Source: Candidatus Bathyarchaeia archaeon (GTDB taxonomy: Archaea > Thermoproteota > Bathyarchaeia > TCS64). Taken from it: a stretch of DNA of 64,000 nt. Shown here piece by piece: positions 17,783 through 27,979 of the stretch. Every line of letters begins with the position of its first letter. Position 1 is the stretch's first letter. Below the pieces are notes generated by a model, which saw nothing but the letters and a program-made list of their open reading frames with translations, did no database searches and was not told the DNA's origin. Position numbers and translations under genes: made by a program. The stretch spans positions 1 to 64,000 of the forward strand of contig JBEKDF010000015.1 in the NCBI GenBank assembly GCA_050014495.1. Direction: 5' to 3'.

Positions 17783-18259
17783 ATGGTGATAGATATGGAT
17801 GCGTTAAGAGAGCACATTGTGAAGTCTCTGAAAGGAGGACAAGCATTTGTCTCCTATAAAACGGCTCTTGAGGATGTAAAACCAGAGCTAAGGGGGGTAA
17901 GACCAAATGAAGCCATTCATTCCGTCTACGAGGAGTTGGAACATATGCGCCGCGCGCAGAAGGATCTCCTTGACTTCGCCCTTGAGCCAGATTGGAAACC
18001 CGCTAAGTGGCCTGAAGGCTTCTGGCCTGAACCAAGACACGTGCCCACTGAAGTGGAGTGGAAGAATACTCTAAATGGTTTTTTTAAAGATCAGAACAGA
18101 ACTGTGAAATTTGCGAAGGACCCGAACATTGACTTACTATCTCTGGTACCTCAAACCGAAAATACATACCTAAGAGAACTGATGTTAATCATCGAGCACA
18201 ACTCATACCATTTTGGTAAGATACTAGACATTAGGAAGTCATTAGGAGATTGGAAGTAG
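17783..18259 (+). CDS. DinB family protein
   Basis: HSVYEELEHM...EHNSYHFG. Confidence 0.85.
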   Translation: MVIDMDALREHIVKSLKGGQAFVSYKTALEDVKPELRGVRPNEAIHSVYEELEHMRRAQKDLLDFALEPDWKPAKWPEGFWPEPRHVPTEVEWKNTLNGFFKDQNRTVKFAKDPNIDLLSLVPQTENTYLRELMLIIEHNSYHFGKILDIRKSLGDWK

Positions 18260-18541
18260 CCGTTATCTCCAAACTAACTTTTTTATTTAAATTGTACCTC
18301 ACCCATTTTACCAAGTTTTGTTCCTAGGTTAATAACAAAGCTGCATCTCAGACAAGTTGGTGAGCCATTTGAAGATTTATGCCCCATTTCAAAGTTGTTT
18401 CACTTCTGATGACCCTTTTTATAGTGTATTGAAATAATAATAGAATCGAGCGCACAAATATTCAATGTTTGAAGCTGATATCCATCCACAAGCAACCGCT
18501 AACGTTAAAGACATTCATAATGAATTATATCACGACTCGTC

Positions 18542-19480
18542 ATGAGCATGAAGGACAGGTTCCGCGGAAAAGACTTCCTCACCCTAATGGACTATACACC
18601 CCTCGAGATCAACTATATGCTGGACATAGCCCAGCAACTGAAGTACAAAAGAATGATGAAAGAGCCTCACGACAATCTCTCGGGACGAACCATAGCCATG
18701 ATCTTCGAAAAAAACAGTACCCGCACCCGCTTCAGCTTCCAGGCTGGCATCGCCCATCTAGGAGCTCAGAGCTTCTATGCAACTCCCGATACAATGCAGC
18801 TCGCCCGAGGTGAGCCAATAAAGGATACGGCACGTATCCTCGACAGGTACTGTGATGCCCTAGTCATACGCACATACGGCCAGGAGATAGTAGATGAGTA
18901 TGCCCAGTACATGAAGAACCCTGTAATTAACGCTCTCACCGACCTCGTTCATCCCTGCCAGGGGTTGGCTGACATGCTGACTATACGAGAACATAAGGGC
19001 CGAATCAAGGGTTTAAAACTCGCTTATGTGGGTGATCCGTGGAACGTCTGTCACAGCCTAATGACATGTGGCAGTTTACTAGGCATAGACTGCTATATCG
19101 CGCTACCAAAGGGCTGGGCCCCAAACCCCAAGATAACGAAGTTCGCTGAGGAGCACGCCAGCATCGGCAAGACCCAGATGGTAGTAACAGACGACCTCGA
19201 GGAGGCACTGAGAGACGCTGATGTTGTCTATGCTAACACATTTCACAGTATGGGCCACAAAGACATCGAGCAGCGCAAGGTCGCATTCGCTAAATACCAG
19301 ATCAACGATGAGACCATCAAATTTGCGAAGCCTGATTGCATCTTCATGCACTGCCTACCCGGTTACCGTGGAGAGGAGATGACTGACTCAATCATTGAGG
19401 GCCCACACAGTGTCGTATTTGACGAGGGCGAGAATAGGATGCACACTGAGAAGGCAGTCCTCGCCCTCACCGTCGCTTAA
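18542..19480 (+). CDS. argF: Ornithine carbamoyltransferase-family enzyme
   Basis: STRTR, HPCQ, SMG, HCLP, ENR motifs. Confidence 0.85.
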   Translation: MSMKDRFRGKDFLTLMDYTPLEINYMLDIAQQLKYKRMMKEPHDNLSGRTIAMIFEKNSTRTRFSFQAGIAHLGAQSFYATPDTMQLARGEPIKDTARILDRYCDALVIRTYGQEIVDEYAQYMKNPVINALTDLVHPCQGLADMLTIREHKGRIKGLKLAYVGDPWNVCHSLMTCGSLLGIDCYIALPKGWAPNPKITKFAEEHASIGKTQMVVTDDLEEALRDADVVYANTFHSMGHKDIEQRKVAFAKYQINDETIKFAKPDCIFMHCLPGYRGEEMTDSIIEGPHSVVFDEGENRMHTEKAVLALTVA

Positions 19481-19554
19481 ACTAGCAGTTCTTCTTCCAT
19501 TTTTACCCACCATTACCGTTATTAGTATAATCAAAGATGCTTAGTCGATGGAAC

Positions 19555-20898
19555 ATGCCAAAGGCGAAGATTCCTAACATAATCACAGAGATTCCCGGCC
19601 CCAAGAGCAAAGCACTGCTTGCAGAAAGAAACGAGTTCGTACCACCCGGTGTCTATCTCACACAACCCATCGGCGTAGCCGAATCAAAGGGTGCATTAGT
19701 AACGGACGTCGACGGGAACATTCTCATCGACTTCACTAGCGGCATAGGCGTAGTCAGCTTGGGTCACTGCAAACAAGAGATTGTAGACACCATCTGCGAT
19801 CAGGCAAACAAGCTAATCCACGGTTGCATCCATGTCGTCAACTACGAGCCTTATGTCAAGCTTGCTGAGGCAATGGTGAAGATCACACCGGGTAAAGGCC
19901 CAAAGAGAGCGATGTTTTTGAACAGCGGAAGTGAAGCTGTAGAAAACGCAGTAAAGCTCGTCCGCCAGGGTACAAATAGACCCAACATCCTAAGCTTTGA
20001 AAACAGCTTCCACGGACGCACCTGGATGGCAATGACCCTCACTGGGAAATGGGACCCCTACAAAGTTGGCTTTGGCCCATTTGTACCCGGTGTCTATTTT
20101 ACCCCATATGCTTACTGCTACAGATGTTCCTTCCACGAGGAGTACCCCGACTGCGGATTCGCCTGTATCCATCACATAGAGAAGAGCATCTTCAAGACCC
20201 AGGTAGACCCTAGCACAGTTGGAGCCATAATCGCCGAGCCAGTCCAAGGCGAGGGGGGCTTCATCACACCTCCACCCGACTTCTTCAAGGAGCTGAAGAA
20301 GTTAGCGGACGAGCACGGTATTAAGATGATAGTCGACGAGGTTCAGACGGGTTTCGGCCGTACAGGGAAGATGTGGGCCATCGAGCACTATGGCATCGAA
20401 CCTGATATTATGACAATGGCTAAAGCAATTGCCTCTGGACTACCCCTCAGCTGTGTCGTAGCTAAGGATGAACTAATGAAGGATACATACCCAGGCAGTA
20501 TGGGCGGTACCTATGGAGGCAACCCTATTGCCTGTGCAACGGGCCTTAAAGTTCTCGAACTTATAAAACGTGAAAAGATCGTCGAGCACTCAGCTAAGAT
20601 GGGAAAACACCTTCGCCCGATGCTTGAGGAGATGAAGGAGAAGTATGAGATCATCGGCGACGTCAGGGGACTTGGCCCGATGTTGGCTATGGAATTTGTA
20701 ACTGACAAGAAGTCAAAAACTCCAAACCCCGATGCAAGCAGTAAGATCATAAAGAACTGCTTAAGCAGCGGACTTATGATCCTGAAGGCTGGTCTCTACA
20801 ACAACTGTGTCCGTCTCCACCCACCACTCACTATCGAGGATGACCTCCTAGACACGGGTATGGCGATACTGGAAAAAGCCATCAAAAAGGCAGTATAA
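19555..20898 (+). CDS. gabT: Class III aminotransferase, 4-aminobutyrate aminotransferase-like
   Basis: SGSEAVENAVK, FHGRT, EPVQGEGG, DEVQTGFGRTG, AKAIASG. Confidence 0.85.
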   Translation: MPKAKIPNIITEIPGPKSKALLAERNEFVPPGVYLTQPIGVAESKGALVTDVDGNILIDFTSGIGVVSLGHCKQEIVDTICDQANKLIHGCIHVVNYEPYVKLAEAMVKITPGKGPKRAMFLNSGSEAVENAVKLVRQGTNRPNILSFENSFHGRTWMAMTLTGKWDPYKVGFGPFVPGVYFTPYAYCYRCSFHEEYPDCGFACIHHIEKSIFKTQVDPSTVGAIIAEPVQGEGGFITPPPDFFKELKKLADEHGIKMIVDEVQTGFGRTGKMWAIEHYGIEPDIMTMAKAIASGLPLSCVVAKDELMKDTYPGSMGGTYGGNPIACATGLKVLELIKREKIVEHSAKMGKHLRPMLEEMKEKYEIIGDVRGLGPMLAMEFVTDKKSKTPNPDASSKIIKNCLSSGLMILKAGLYNNCVRLHPPLTIEDDLLDTGMAILEKAIKKAV

Positions 20899-20998
20899 AC
20901 TCCTTTTTTCAATGATTTTTAAAAATAAACCCTTTTTTTTCTCGTACGCTCGAGCTAAAAATAAAAGGTTCCTATACCTTCGAGGAGATATTAACACG

Positions 20999-21835
20999 AT
21001 GAAACTAGGTTTCCATGTATCTATCGCAGGGTCATTAGACTATTCTGTTGATAGAGCAAAAGAGTTAGGGTGTACAACTTTCCAGATGTTCACGCGTAAC
21101 CCCCGAACCTGGAAGGTGAAACCGATATCTCCTAGAGAGGTGGAGGCTTTTCGTAAGAAACTCGATGTTTCCAAGATAAGACCAGTATACTCTCACATGC
21201 CCTACCTACCCAACCTCTCAAGCAGCGACGAGGAGATATACAGAAGATCCGTCGAATCTCTACTTTTCGAGGTCGAGAGGTGCTATCTCTTAGGTATTCC
21301 ATATGTAGTTACACACATGGGGAGCCACAAGGGGGCAGGGAGAATCATAGGAGAAAAGCGTCTCACCGATGCACTTAGACTCGCTGTTGACATCGATGGT
21401 CCAACTATTCTTCTGGAGAACGACTCCGGCTCTGGTGCTCACATAGGTTCTAAACTAACCGACATCAATAGAATAATACGGGATGTGGGAGGAACGAGAC
21501 TCGGCCTCTGCTTCGACACATGTCACGCATATGCTGCGGGCTATGACGTCTCAACCTCTAAAGGATTGAAGGAAACCGAGAGAGAGATTAATCAGTCTGT
21601 CGGCTTCAGCAGACTAAAACTAGTCCACCTAAACGACTCTGTAGGACAACTCGGATCTAGAGTCGATCACCATGAACACATCGGTCTTGGCAGAATCGGC
21701 GAGTACGGCTTCAAACTTATGCTTGCGAGTAGACTAGCTAAAAGACCATTAATAATGGAGACTCCAATCGATGCTAGACGTAGTGACAAAGAGAATATGG
21801 CCAAGATGATGGAGCTTGCAGGTCTTAAAAGGTGA
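20999..21835 (+). CDS. nfo: Endonuclease IV
   Basis: HVSIAG, HMPYLPNL, DTCHAYAAG, HLNDS, DHHEHIG, METP. Confidence 0.95.
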   Translation: MKLGFHVSIAGSLDYSVDRAKELGCTTFQMFTRNPRTWKVKPISPREVEAFRKKLDVSKIRPVYSHMPYLPNLSSSDEEIYRRSVESLLFEVERCYLLGIPYVVTHMGSHKGAGRIIGEKRLTDALRLAVDIDGPTILLENDSGSGAHIGSKLTDINRIIRDVGGTRLGLCFDTCHAYAAGYDVSTSKGLKETEREINQSVGFSRLKLVHLNDSVGQLGSRVDHHEHIGLGRIGEYGFKLMLASRLAKRPLIMETPIDARRSDKENMAKMMELAGLKR

Positions 21836-22061
21836 TAAGTGTCATCTGATCAGGTTCCTCTACCTTATGACTCAAAATGACTCTCAAGGCAGATGAGGCA
21901 CAGTCGTTAAGCTCTCGCTCGGATAAGTACGGATAAATCCTTCGCCCAACTCTAATTATAGGGTCAATCGTCTCTATACATCGCCTCCTGCTCGCTGCAT
22001 CTTCACGAGTCATATTAACGAGGCGCTCGACCATCGCCCGTCTACTGCTAACCTGTGCCAC
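21825..22061 (-). CDS. Hypothetical protein
   Basis: 78 aa ORF with TATA-like box upstream (~22096); no recognised family. Confidence 0.5.
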   Translation of the reverse strand: MAQVSSRRAMVERLVNMTREDAASRRRCIETIDPIIRVGRRIYPYLSERELNDCASSALRVILSHKVEEPDQMTLITF

Positions 22062-22357
22062 TATTTATCAGCTCGAGAAATAATATTATTTCTTAATATA
22101 TAAGTATAATGCCATTAATCAGAAATTACTTTGGTATAACTTTCACTTAATTTCACTCATAATTTTTAAACCATTTATTTGAGCGGTTATTTAAAACTAT
22201 ATTAAGAAAATAGTCAAAAATATCTGTTATTAATAAATCTAACAACGCAAGGACAATAATATAAAATTGGATCTATTTAATATTTTTCTAAGTCATTAGA
22301 TTGCAATTTTATCTGGGATAAGATTAAAATTAATCCTCCCTGTGCTTATGATTGTTC

Positions 22358-22435
22358 GCCCCGGTGGCTTAGCCTGGCCAAAGCGTTTGCTTGGTAAGCA
22401 AAAGATCGCGGGTCCAAATCCCGCCCGGGGCTCCA
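22358..22435 (+). tRNA. tRNA-Thr(GGT), intronless, encoded CCA
   Basis: GCCCCGG/CCGGGGC acceptor stem, GCTT/AAGC D stem, TTTGC-TTGGTAA-GCAAA anticodon arm, GCGGG/CCCGC T arm. Confidence 0.96.
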
Positions 22436-22475
22436 CCTAAACATTAATACAATTGAAGTCTTCTACATTCTTATA

Positions 22476-23165
22476 TTGACTCCCTTAAAGATAAGAGGGA
22501 TAGTATTCGACCTAGACGCCACTCTAGTTAATCTTGGTGAACATGTAAGGTGGAGAGATGCTCAGCAGGAGATAATTAAGGCATACAGGTCATATAACTG
22601 CAGCGAAGAGGACCTCTCCAGTTGCACGACAAAAGGACTTTTCAATCTGATTCATGAGATGGAAACAAGACTGACCGCGAAGAAGTCAAGTGAAGAGATT
22701 GAAACGATACGTAACAACATATGGAGAATCCTTGACAACTACGAAATTGAAGGAGTCGAGAAATGCAGCTTAATGCCAGGAACTCGTGAGACCTTAGATT
22801 GGCTCAACGATCAGAGAGTAATTATGGCAATCTGCACATCAAACTCTTACAAGGTCGCGATAAGTATTCTAATGAGGCTTCAGATCTCCTCATATTTTAA
22901 ATCGGTAATTGGTAGGACGCCAAATCTACTTATGAAACCATACCCTGACCAACCTCTTAGTTGCTTCAAACAAATGGGTGTCGATCCACGCGATGGAGTA
23001 ATGGTTGGTGACAGCCACAATGATGTTCTCGCTGGTAGGGCCGCTGGGGCAAAAACGGTTGCCATCCCAGTTTATTTTACTAATAAGGAGGCAATGGAGA
23101 CCGCAAAACCCGATGCCGTTATCAAATCAATGTGGGAGCTACCGACTGTGCTCCTATCCTTTTAA
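22476..23165 (+). CDS. HAD family phosphatase
   Basis: FDLDATL, KPYPD, MVGDSHND. Confidence 0.92.
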   Translation: MTPLKIRGIVFDLDATLVNLGEHVRWRDAQQEIIKAYRSYNCSEEDLSSCTTKGLFNLIHEMETRLTAKKSSEEIETIRNNIWRILDNYEIEGVEKCSLMPGTRETLDWLNDQRVIMAICTSNSYKVAISILMRLQISSYFKSVIGRTPNLLMKPYPDQPLSCFKQMGVDPRDGVMVGDSHNDVLAGRAAGAKTVAIPVYFTNKEAMETAKPDAVIKSMWELPTVLLSF

Positions 23166-23272
23166 CAATTATTTAAAAAATATATGAGCATGTGTTTTGT
23201 ATAGTTATTTAAAATGAACATATTTTTACACTACGAACAAGGCATACAATAACGGCGAGGGCAGAACTACGG

Positions 23273-24895
23273 TTGAGCGATGACATTAAGCATAATGTTA
23301 ATCACAATATCATCGGGAAGGGTACGTGGTACGACAAAGCCGCATCAGAACTCATTGAGAGAGAGAAGAGGCTTGGTAGAAGCCTTAATCTTATCCGAAC
23401 CGAGAGCGGTCTTGGCGCTTCTGGCTTCCCCCACATAGGTAGCCTAGGTGATGCCCTACGCAATTTCGCAGTTGCTCTGGGGTGTAGGGTACAAGGATAC
23501 CCTGCGGAACTGATAGCTTTCAGCGACGACAAGGATGGTCTCAGGAAGGTACCTGCTGGACTCCCGAAGGAACTGGAGAAATGGTTAGGCTACTCTGTGA
23601 GCACCATACCCGATCCAGCTGGCGACTGCCACAATAGCTTCGGCGCCCATATGACCAGTCAGCTACTTGCAGCCCTAGACATGAGTGGAGCCGACTACCA
23701 CTTTATGAGTGGTTTCGAGTGCTACAAACAGGGTATCTTCGACAGAGAGATCCTAGAAATCATGAACAACCACGAGCGAGTTGGTAGGATAATAGAGGAA
23801 GAGATAGGACAGGAAAAGTATACGGAAGAACTCCCCTATTTCGTCGTCTGCGAGAAATGCGGGCGAATCTACACAACCCACGCCACAAGATACCATTCAG
23901 AATCACAGACAATCGAATACGAGTGTAACGGAATGGAAGTCCGAGGTAACTGGTTGGAGGGTTGTGGTCACAAGGGTGAGGTAAACATACTTTCCGGCAA
24001 AGGAAAGCTCAGTTGGAAGGTTGAGTTTGCTGCCAGATGGCGAGCTCTCGACATACGCTTCGAGGCCTACGGCAAGGACATCGCAGATAGCGTCAGAGTG
24101 AATGACAGGATCTGCCGTGAGATACTCGGTTGGGAACCCCCAATGCACGTCCAGTATGAGATGTTCACCGACCGTAGCGGGAAGAAGATCAGCAAATCAG
24201 CGGGTAATGTCTTCACCCCTCAGGTATGGTACCGTTACGGTTCTCCTCAGTCACTGAACCTTCTCATATTCAAACGATTCGTAGGAACAAAAAGTGGGAG
24301 TGTCGAGGATATACCCACCCATATGGACGAGCTTGATGATACCGAGGACATTTACTTCGGGAAGTCGAAGGCTCTGAATGATATGGAAAAGGCGCAGGCA
24401 TCTGGTCTCTACGAGTACTGTTGGATGCTGAAGCCTCCCAAAGAGCCCGAGGTTCACGTCCCATACAACCTAGTATTAAAGCTCGCTCGCCTCGCACCTA
24501 AAGGATCGGAGGCTGAATTCATCACTTCAAAACTTAGGGAGTATGGCTACTTCGATAAGACTGAGAATGGACTGTTAAAGCGGATCGGCTACGCCTTAAA
24601 CTGGGTAGAGGATTTCGCTGAGGAACTTCCCGAGATAAACTTAACCGAACAGGAAGCGGTGATAGTTAAAACAGTGATAGCGGAGCTCCGGAATGCCAAC
24701 ACTCCGGAGGAGCTCCAAGGCGTAGCTTTCAACGCGGCTAAGAAATACGATCTAAAACCAAGAGACGTCTTTCCCATAGTCTACAAAGTCCTTCTTGGTA
24801 AGAGTCAGGGACCAAGACTAGGACCATACATTATTTTGGTTGGAAAAGAGAACATAATCTCTGAGCTAGAGAACACCCTTAAAAAAAGAGAATGA
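23273..24895 (+). CDS. lysS: Lysine--tRNA ligase, class I
   Basis: PHIGS, GKLSWKVEFAARW, KISKS, GPRLG. Confidence 0.97.
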   Translation: MSDDIKHNVNHNIIGKGTWYDKAASELIEREKRLGRSLNLIRTESGLGASGFPHIGSLGDALRNFAVALGCRVQGYPAELIAFSDDKDGLRKVPAGLPKELEKWLGYSVSTIPDPAGDCHNSFGAHMTSQLLAALDMSGADYHFMSGFECYKQGIFDREILEIMNNHERVGRIIEEEIGQEKYTEELPYFVVCEKCGRIYTTHATRYHSESQTIEYECNGMEVRGNWLEGCGHKGEVNILSGKGKLSWKVEFAARWRALDIRFEAYGKDIADSVRVNDRICREILGWEPPMHVQYEMFTDRSGKKISKSAGNVFTPQVWYRYGSPQSLNLLIFKRFVGTKSGSVEDIPTHMDELDDTEDIYFGKSKALNDMEKAQASGLYEYCWMLKPPKEPEVHVPYNLVLKLARLAPKGSEAEFITSKLREYGYFDKTENGLLKRIGYALNWVEDFAEELPEINLTEQEAVIVKTVIAELRNANTPEELQGVAFNAAKKYDLKPRDVFPIVYKVLLGKSQGPRLGPYIILVGKENIISELENTLKKRE

Positions 24896-24900
24896 ACTAG

Positions 24901-25083
24901 TCAGTTTCCATAAGGCTTACCAGCGCTTCCCCAGTTATACTTCTCGATATCGTAGAAGACGACGCTAACTGCCTCGGGTTTGCACCCAACTGCCTCACAC
25001 ATCGCCTTCGTTAGAAGCTCCATTGTCTTAGCCTTAGTGGCCTTATCTCTTCCAGCGTACCATTTGACCTCTATCCATGGCAT
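24901..25083 (-). CDS. 4-oxalocrotonate tautomerase family protein
   Basis: N-terminal Pro, GR..TK, NWGSAG. Confidence 0.88.
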   Translation of the reverse strand: MPWIEVKWYAGRDKATKAKTMELLTKAMCEAVGCKPEAVSVVFYDIEKYNWGSAGKPYGN

Positions 25084-25135
25084 AATTCTTCACCGTGGGT
25101 AGTTGTCCCCACTAGCCGTTATGAATCTTGTGAGT

Positions 25136-25198
25136 GGCGGGCTCCAAACTCAAGATCCTCATCACATATTCAGAAGGGCAAATTCATCATCGCCCGCC
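25136..25198 (-). ncRNA. C/D-box guide sRNA
   Basis: Minus strand: GGCGGGC stem, C ATGATGA, guide, D' CTGA, C' GTGATGA, guide GGATCTTGAGTT, variant D TGGA, GCCCGCC stem; BRE/TATA-like GAAAACATTTATC ~25 bp upstream. Confidence 0.85.
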
Positions 25199-25281
25199 TG
25201 ATTATTCGAAGAAGAGTTAGGCGATAAATGTTTTCAGGCCGGTCGAGAAGACTTTTTATCTAATCCTCCGATTCTTCAGCC

Positions 25282-25779
25282 ATGGATCGGCCTGATAAAG
25301 ACAAATATTTTTTAGATATCGCTCTCAGTGTTTCAGAGCGCTCAACATGCATTAGACGAAAATTCGGGGCAGTTATAGTAAAAGACAGCACAATCGTGGG
25401 GGCTGGATATAATGGCACCGCGAGAGGCGTCGTCAACTGCTACGAGGTGGGATGCATAAAAGATGAAATGGAGTCCCCACAAGGAGTCGCTTACGACTAC
25501 TGCCCCGCTGTACACGCGGAAGAAAACGCAATAATCAACAGCAACCGCTCAGATCGGATCGGAGCCACATTATACATCGCTGGTAAGGATAAGGATGGCA
25601 AACTCACAATGGCGGTACCATGTCAACGTTGCCGACGCAAGATTATGAACAGTCAAATAAAGGAGGTAATAATCCTAAGCAGCGAAGGTAAGCCACTACG
25701 AGCTGAAGTATCCGACTACGCGGAAGAGGACACGATGTGGTACATGAACGCTCTAAAAACTGCAAAAAAAAGCACTTAG
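25282..25779 (+). CDS. dCMP deaminase family protein
   Basis: RSTCIRR, HAEENA, PCQRC. Confidence 0.92.
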   Translation: MDRPDKDKYFLDIALSVSERSTCIRRKFGAVIVKDSTIVGAGYNGTARGVVNCYEVGCIKDEMESPQGVAYDYCPAVHAEENAIINSNRSDRIGATLYIAGKDKDGKLTMAVPCQRCRRKIMNSQIKEVIILSSEGKPLRAEVSDYAEEDTMWYMNALKTAKKST

Positions 25780-25849
25780 TCCTATCTAATGGCAACTTAG
25801 TTAAATTTATAAAGAGAGCCAATCAACGCAGAACCGGAGACACTATTAC

Positions 25850-25987
25850 ATGAGTCAGGAAAAAAAAGTCAACGACCTTGAGGTCGAGGTAGCTGGTCTC
25901 ATTGACAAAATAGATGGCATTGAAGAGAAACTCGAAGAGATCATGGAGCGCCTCAGTGAGATCGAAGAAAAGCTCGAGGAACTCTAA
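25850..25987 (+). CDS. 45-aa acidic coiled-coil microprotein (not in ORF track)
   Basis: MSQEKKVNDLEVEVAGLIDKIDGIEEKLEEIMERLSEIEEKLEEL; TTTATAAA box at ~25806 and GGAGA RBS. Confidence 0.7.
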   Translation: MSQEKKVNDLEVEVAGLIDKIDGIEEKLEEIMERLSEIEEKLEEL

Positions 25988-26103
25988 AAACTCCATATTT
26001 CAATGAAGACATCTATTATTTTATGAATTAGAAGACAACCCATTTCCGTTCTCTTGCGTAACTTAGTCCCTTCAACACTGTCAGTGAAATGACGAACATG
26101 AAA

Positions 26104-26601
26104 TCAAACTAAAGTAAGTATTTGTCGTGGGTTGTAACCCCTTTTTTTCAAGGACATATCTATAAATTCGATTTTCTCAGGTTCAACTTTTAAGAGTTCT
26201 ACGGTTTCGGGGAATGTTGTAACACCAAGTTCTGTGGCAGTTTTTTCCCATTCATATGCTAACAAACCCTCTTCAAATTCTGCAGTTTTTTTCGAGATTA
26301 TTTTTGCCTTACCTGTGACTTGTGCACCTTTAACGCTGTCCCAATTTGTATATTGAAGAAAAATACCAACACTCACCTTTGGATTCTCAATTATATTTTT
26401 CAGCTTTATACCGGGTTCACCTATGAAATACATTATTATTCCTTTTGAGTGATATTCAATTGGAGTCGCTCGCGGAACGTTCTTACTACATGTTGCAACG
26501 ACACACATATTTTGCTCTTTAAAAAATTGAATAATTTGTTTCTCCAGATCACTTTTTGGCATACTCTTAGGGATTCTTTGTTCCCAGAGTTCAGAATTCA
26601 T
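26104..26601 (-). CDS. Pyridoxamine 5'-phosphate oxidase family protein
   Basis: VVATCSKNVPRATP, KLKNIIENPKVS. Confidence 0.85.
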   Translation of the reverse strand: MNSELWEQRIPKSMPKSDLEKQIIQFFKEQNMCVVATCSKNVPRATPIEYHSKGIIMYFIGEPGIKLKNIIENPKVSVGIFLQYTNWDSVKGAQVTGKAKIISKKTAEFEEGLLAYEWEKTATELGVTTFPETVELLKVEPEKIEFIDMSLKKRGYNPRQILTLV

Positions 26602-26734
26602 TTCAATGCCACCTCAGATCTTATTCACTCTATTTTTACTTAAAACATAGAGTTAAGTTTTCCTCTCCTGAAATAAAGCGCACACGATGATGGATGCTTT
26701 TTAAGAAGCGTTCACCCACACCACTATACAACCA

Positions 26735-27979
26735 TTGCCAGAAGAAGTACGACCAAGGGAAGCCCTCAAAGGCCGAGCCATCATCGTTATGCTAAAAACA
26801 AACGTCCACGATCATAAGATATACCGTGTGAGGCTAGACGAGCTAAAGTCTCTCGTAGAAGCCTTGGGCATTGAGGTCGTAGGAGAAATTGTTCAAACCA
26901 GATACAGGCCATTCGAGCGGTACTGCATTGGTAAAGGAAAAGTCGGTGAGATAAAAAAACTAGCAGTGAAACGAGATGTACAGCTCGTAGTTTTTTACAA
27001 CTTGTTAAAGAGTAGCCAGAAACTCGCTTTAATTCAAGGCACCGAGTGCGACGTCATAGACAGATACGAGCTCACCCTGGAGATATTTGATCAGATGGCG
27101 TCGGACAACCTCAGTAAACTTCAGATAGAATCAGCGAAACTTGAGAAGCTCGCCCCATTCTACAAACTCGCAGCTAACACCAGCTATACTCATGACCGTC
27201 CTTTCTTCCACAGCGGTGGAGAATACGCATTTCGCGGACAGTTAAGAGAGATAACGCGTCGCCAAGCAGACATACATGAAGAGATTCAGAGTCTCATGAT
27301 TGAGAAAAAGCGACAGATTGACAATCGCCGTAAACTCAGTTATCCAACTATATGTATAGCTGGATTCTATAATGCTGGCAAGACCAGCCTCTTCAATGCC
27401 CTCACAGGTGAACACAAACCAGTTAGCGACCGACCCTTTACAACACTAAGTAGCAAGTACCAGAAACGATACATTGATTCGGAGACAACAGTATTATTCA
27501 TAGATACTATAGGCTTCGTCCTCGACCTCGACCACCGTCTAATAAAAAGCTTCCAACTCAACTTCGAGGATATACGTAGCGCGAACGTCGTCATCCTCCT
27601 ATTTGAGATAACCGATCAGCCTCTGACGCTTAAGCTAAAGCTAGGTGAAGGCCTAAGTCTCCTAAGAGAAATAGGCGTCCCCACAGAGCGTATAATATTG
27701 GTATTCAACAAAGTCGATAAGGCTCCCCCCGGCACGGAAGCTATAATAGAGGAGGAATTAGGCTTAAGCCATTACGACATCCCTTGGACTAGCGTCTCCG
27801 CCAGTCAACGTACAAACCTAAAAGGTCTTCTAGATTTAATCTCTTGGAAGATCAAGGATCTCAAGAATAGACCACTCGAACCCGTCGAGCCGCCGCTTAT
27901 AGTCGAGCCAGTAGAGGACCCTGAAGAGGTGGTAGGAGACCCTGACACAGAAGACGATGAGCAGAACGAAGAGGGCTGA
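26735..27979 (+). CDS. hflX: GTPase HflX
   Basis: IGKGKV, VIDR, GFYNAGKTS, FTTL, DTIGF, NKVD. Confidence 0.9.
   Translation: MPEEVRPREALKGRAIIVMLKTNVHDHKIYRVRLDELKSLVEALGIEVVGEIVQTRYRPFERYCIGKGKVGEIKKLAVKRDVQLVVFYNLLKSSQKLALIQGTECDVIDRYELTLEIFDQMASDNLSKLQIESAKLEKLAPFYKLAANTSYTHDRPFFHSGGEYAFRGQLREITRRQADIHEEIQSLMIEKKRQIDNRRKLSYPTICIAGFYNAGKTSLFNALTGEHKPVSDRPFTTLSSKYQKRYIDSETTVLFIDTIGFVLDLDHRLIKSFQLNFEDIRSANVVILLFEITDQPLTLKLKLGEGLSLLREIGVPTERIILVFNKVDKAPPGTEAIIEEELGLSHYDIPWTSVSASQRTNLKGLLDLISWKIKDLKNRPLEPVEPPLIVEPVEDPEEVVGDPDTEDDEQNEEG

Noticed and set aside
22358..22435. tRNA-Thr as integration site of the island
   Set aside because: It is 13 kb from the recombinase, separated by core genes, and I saw no duplicated tRNA 3' end.
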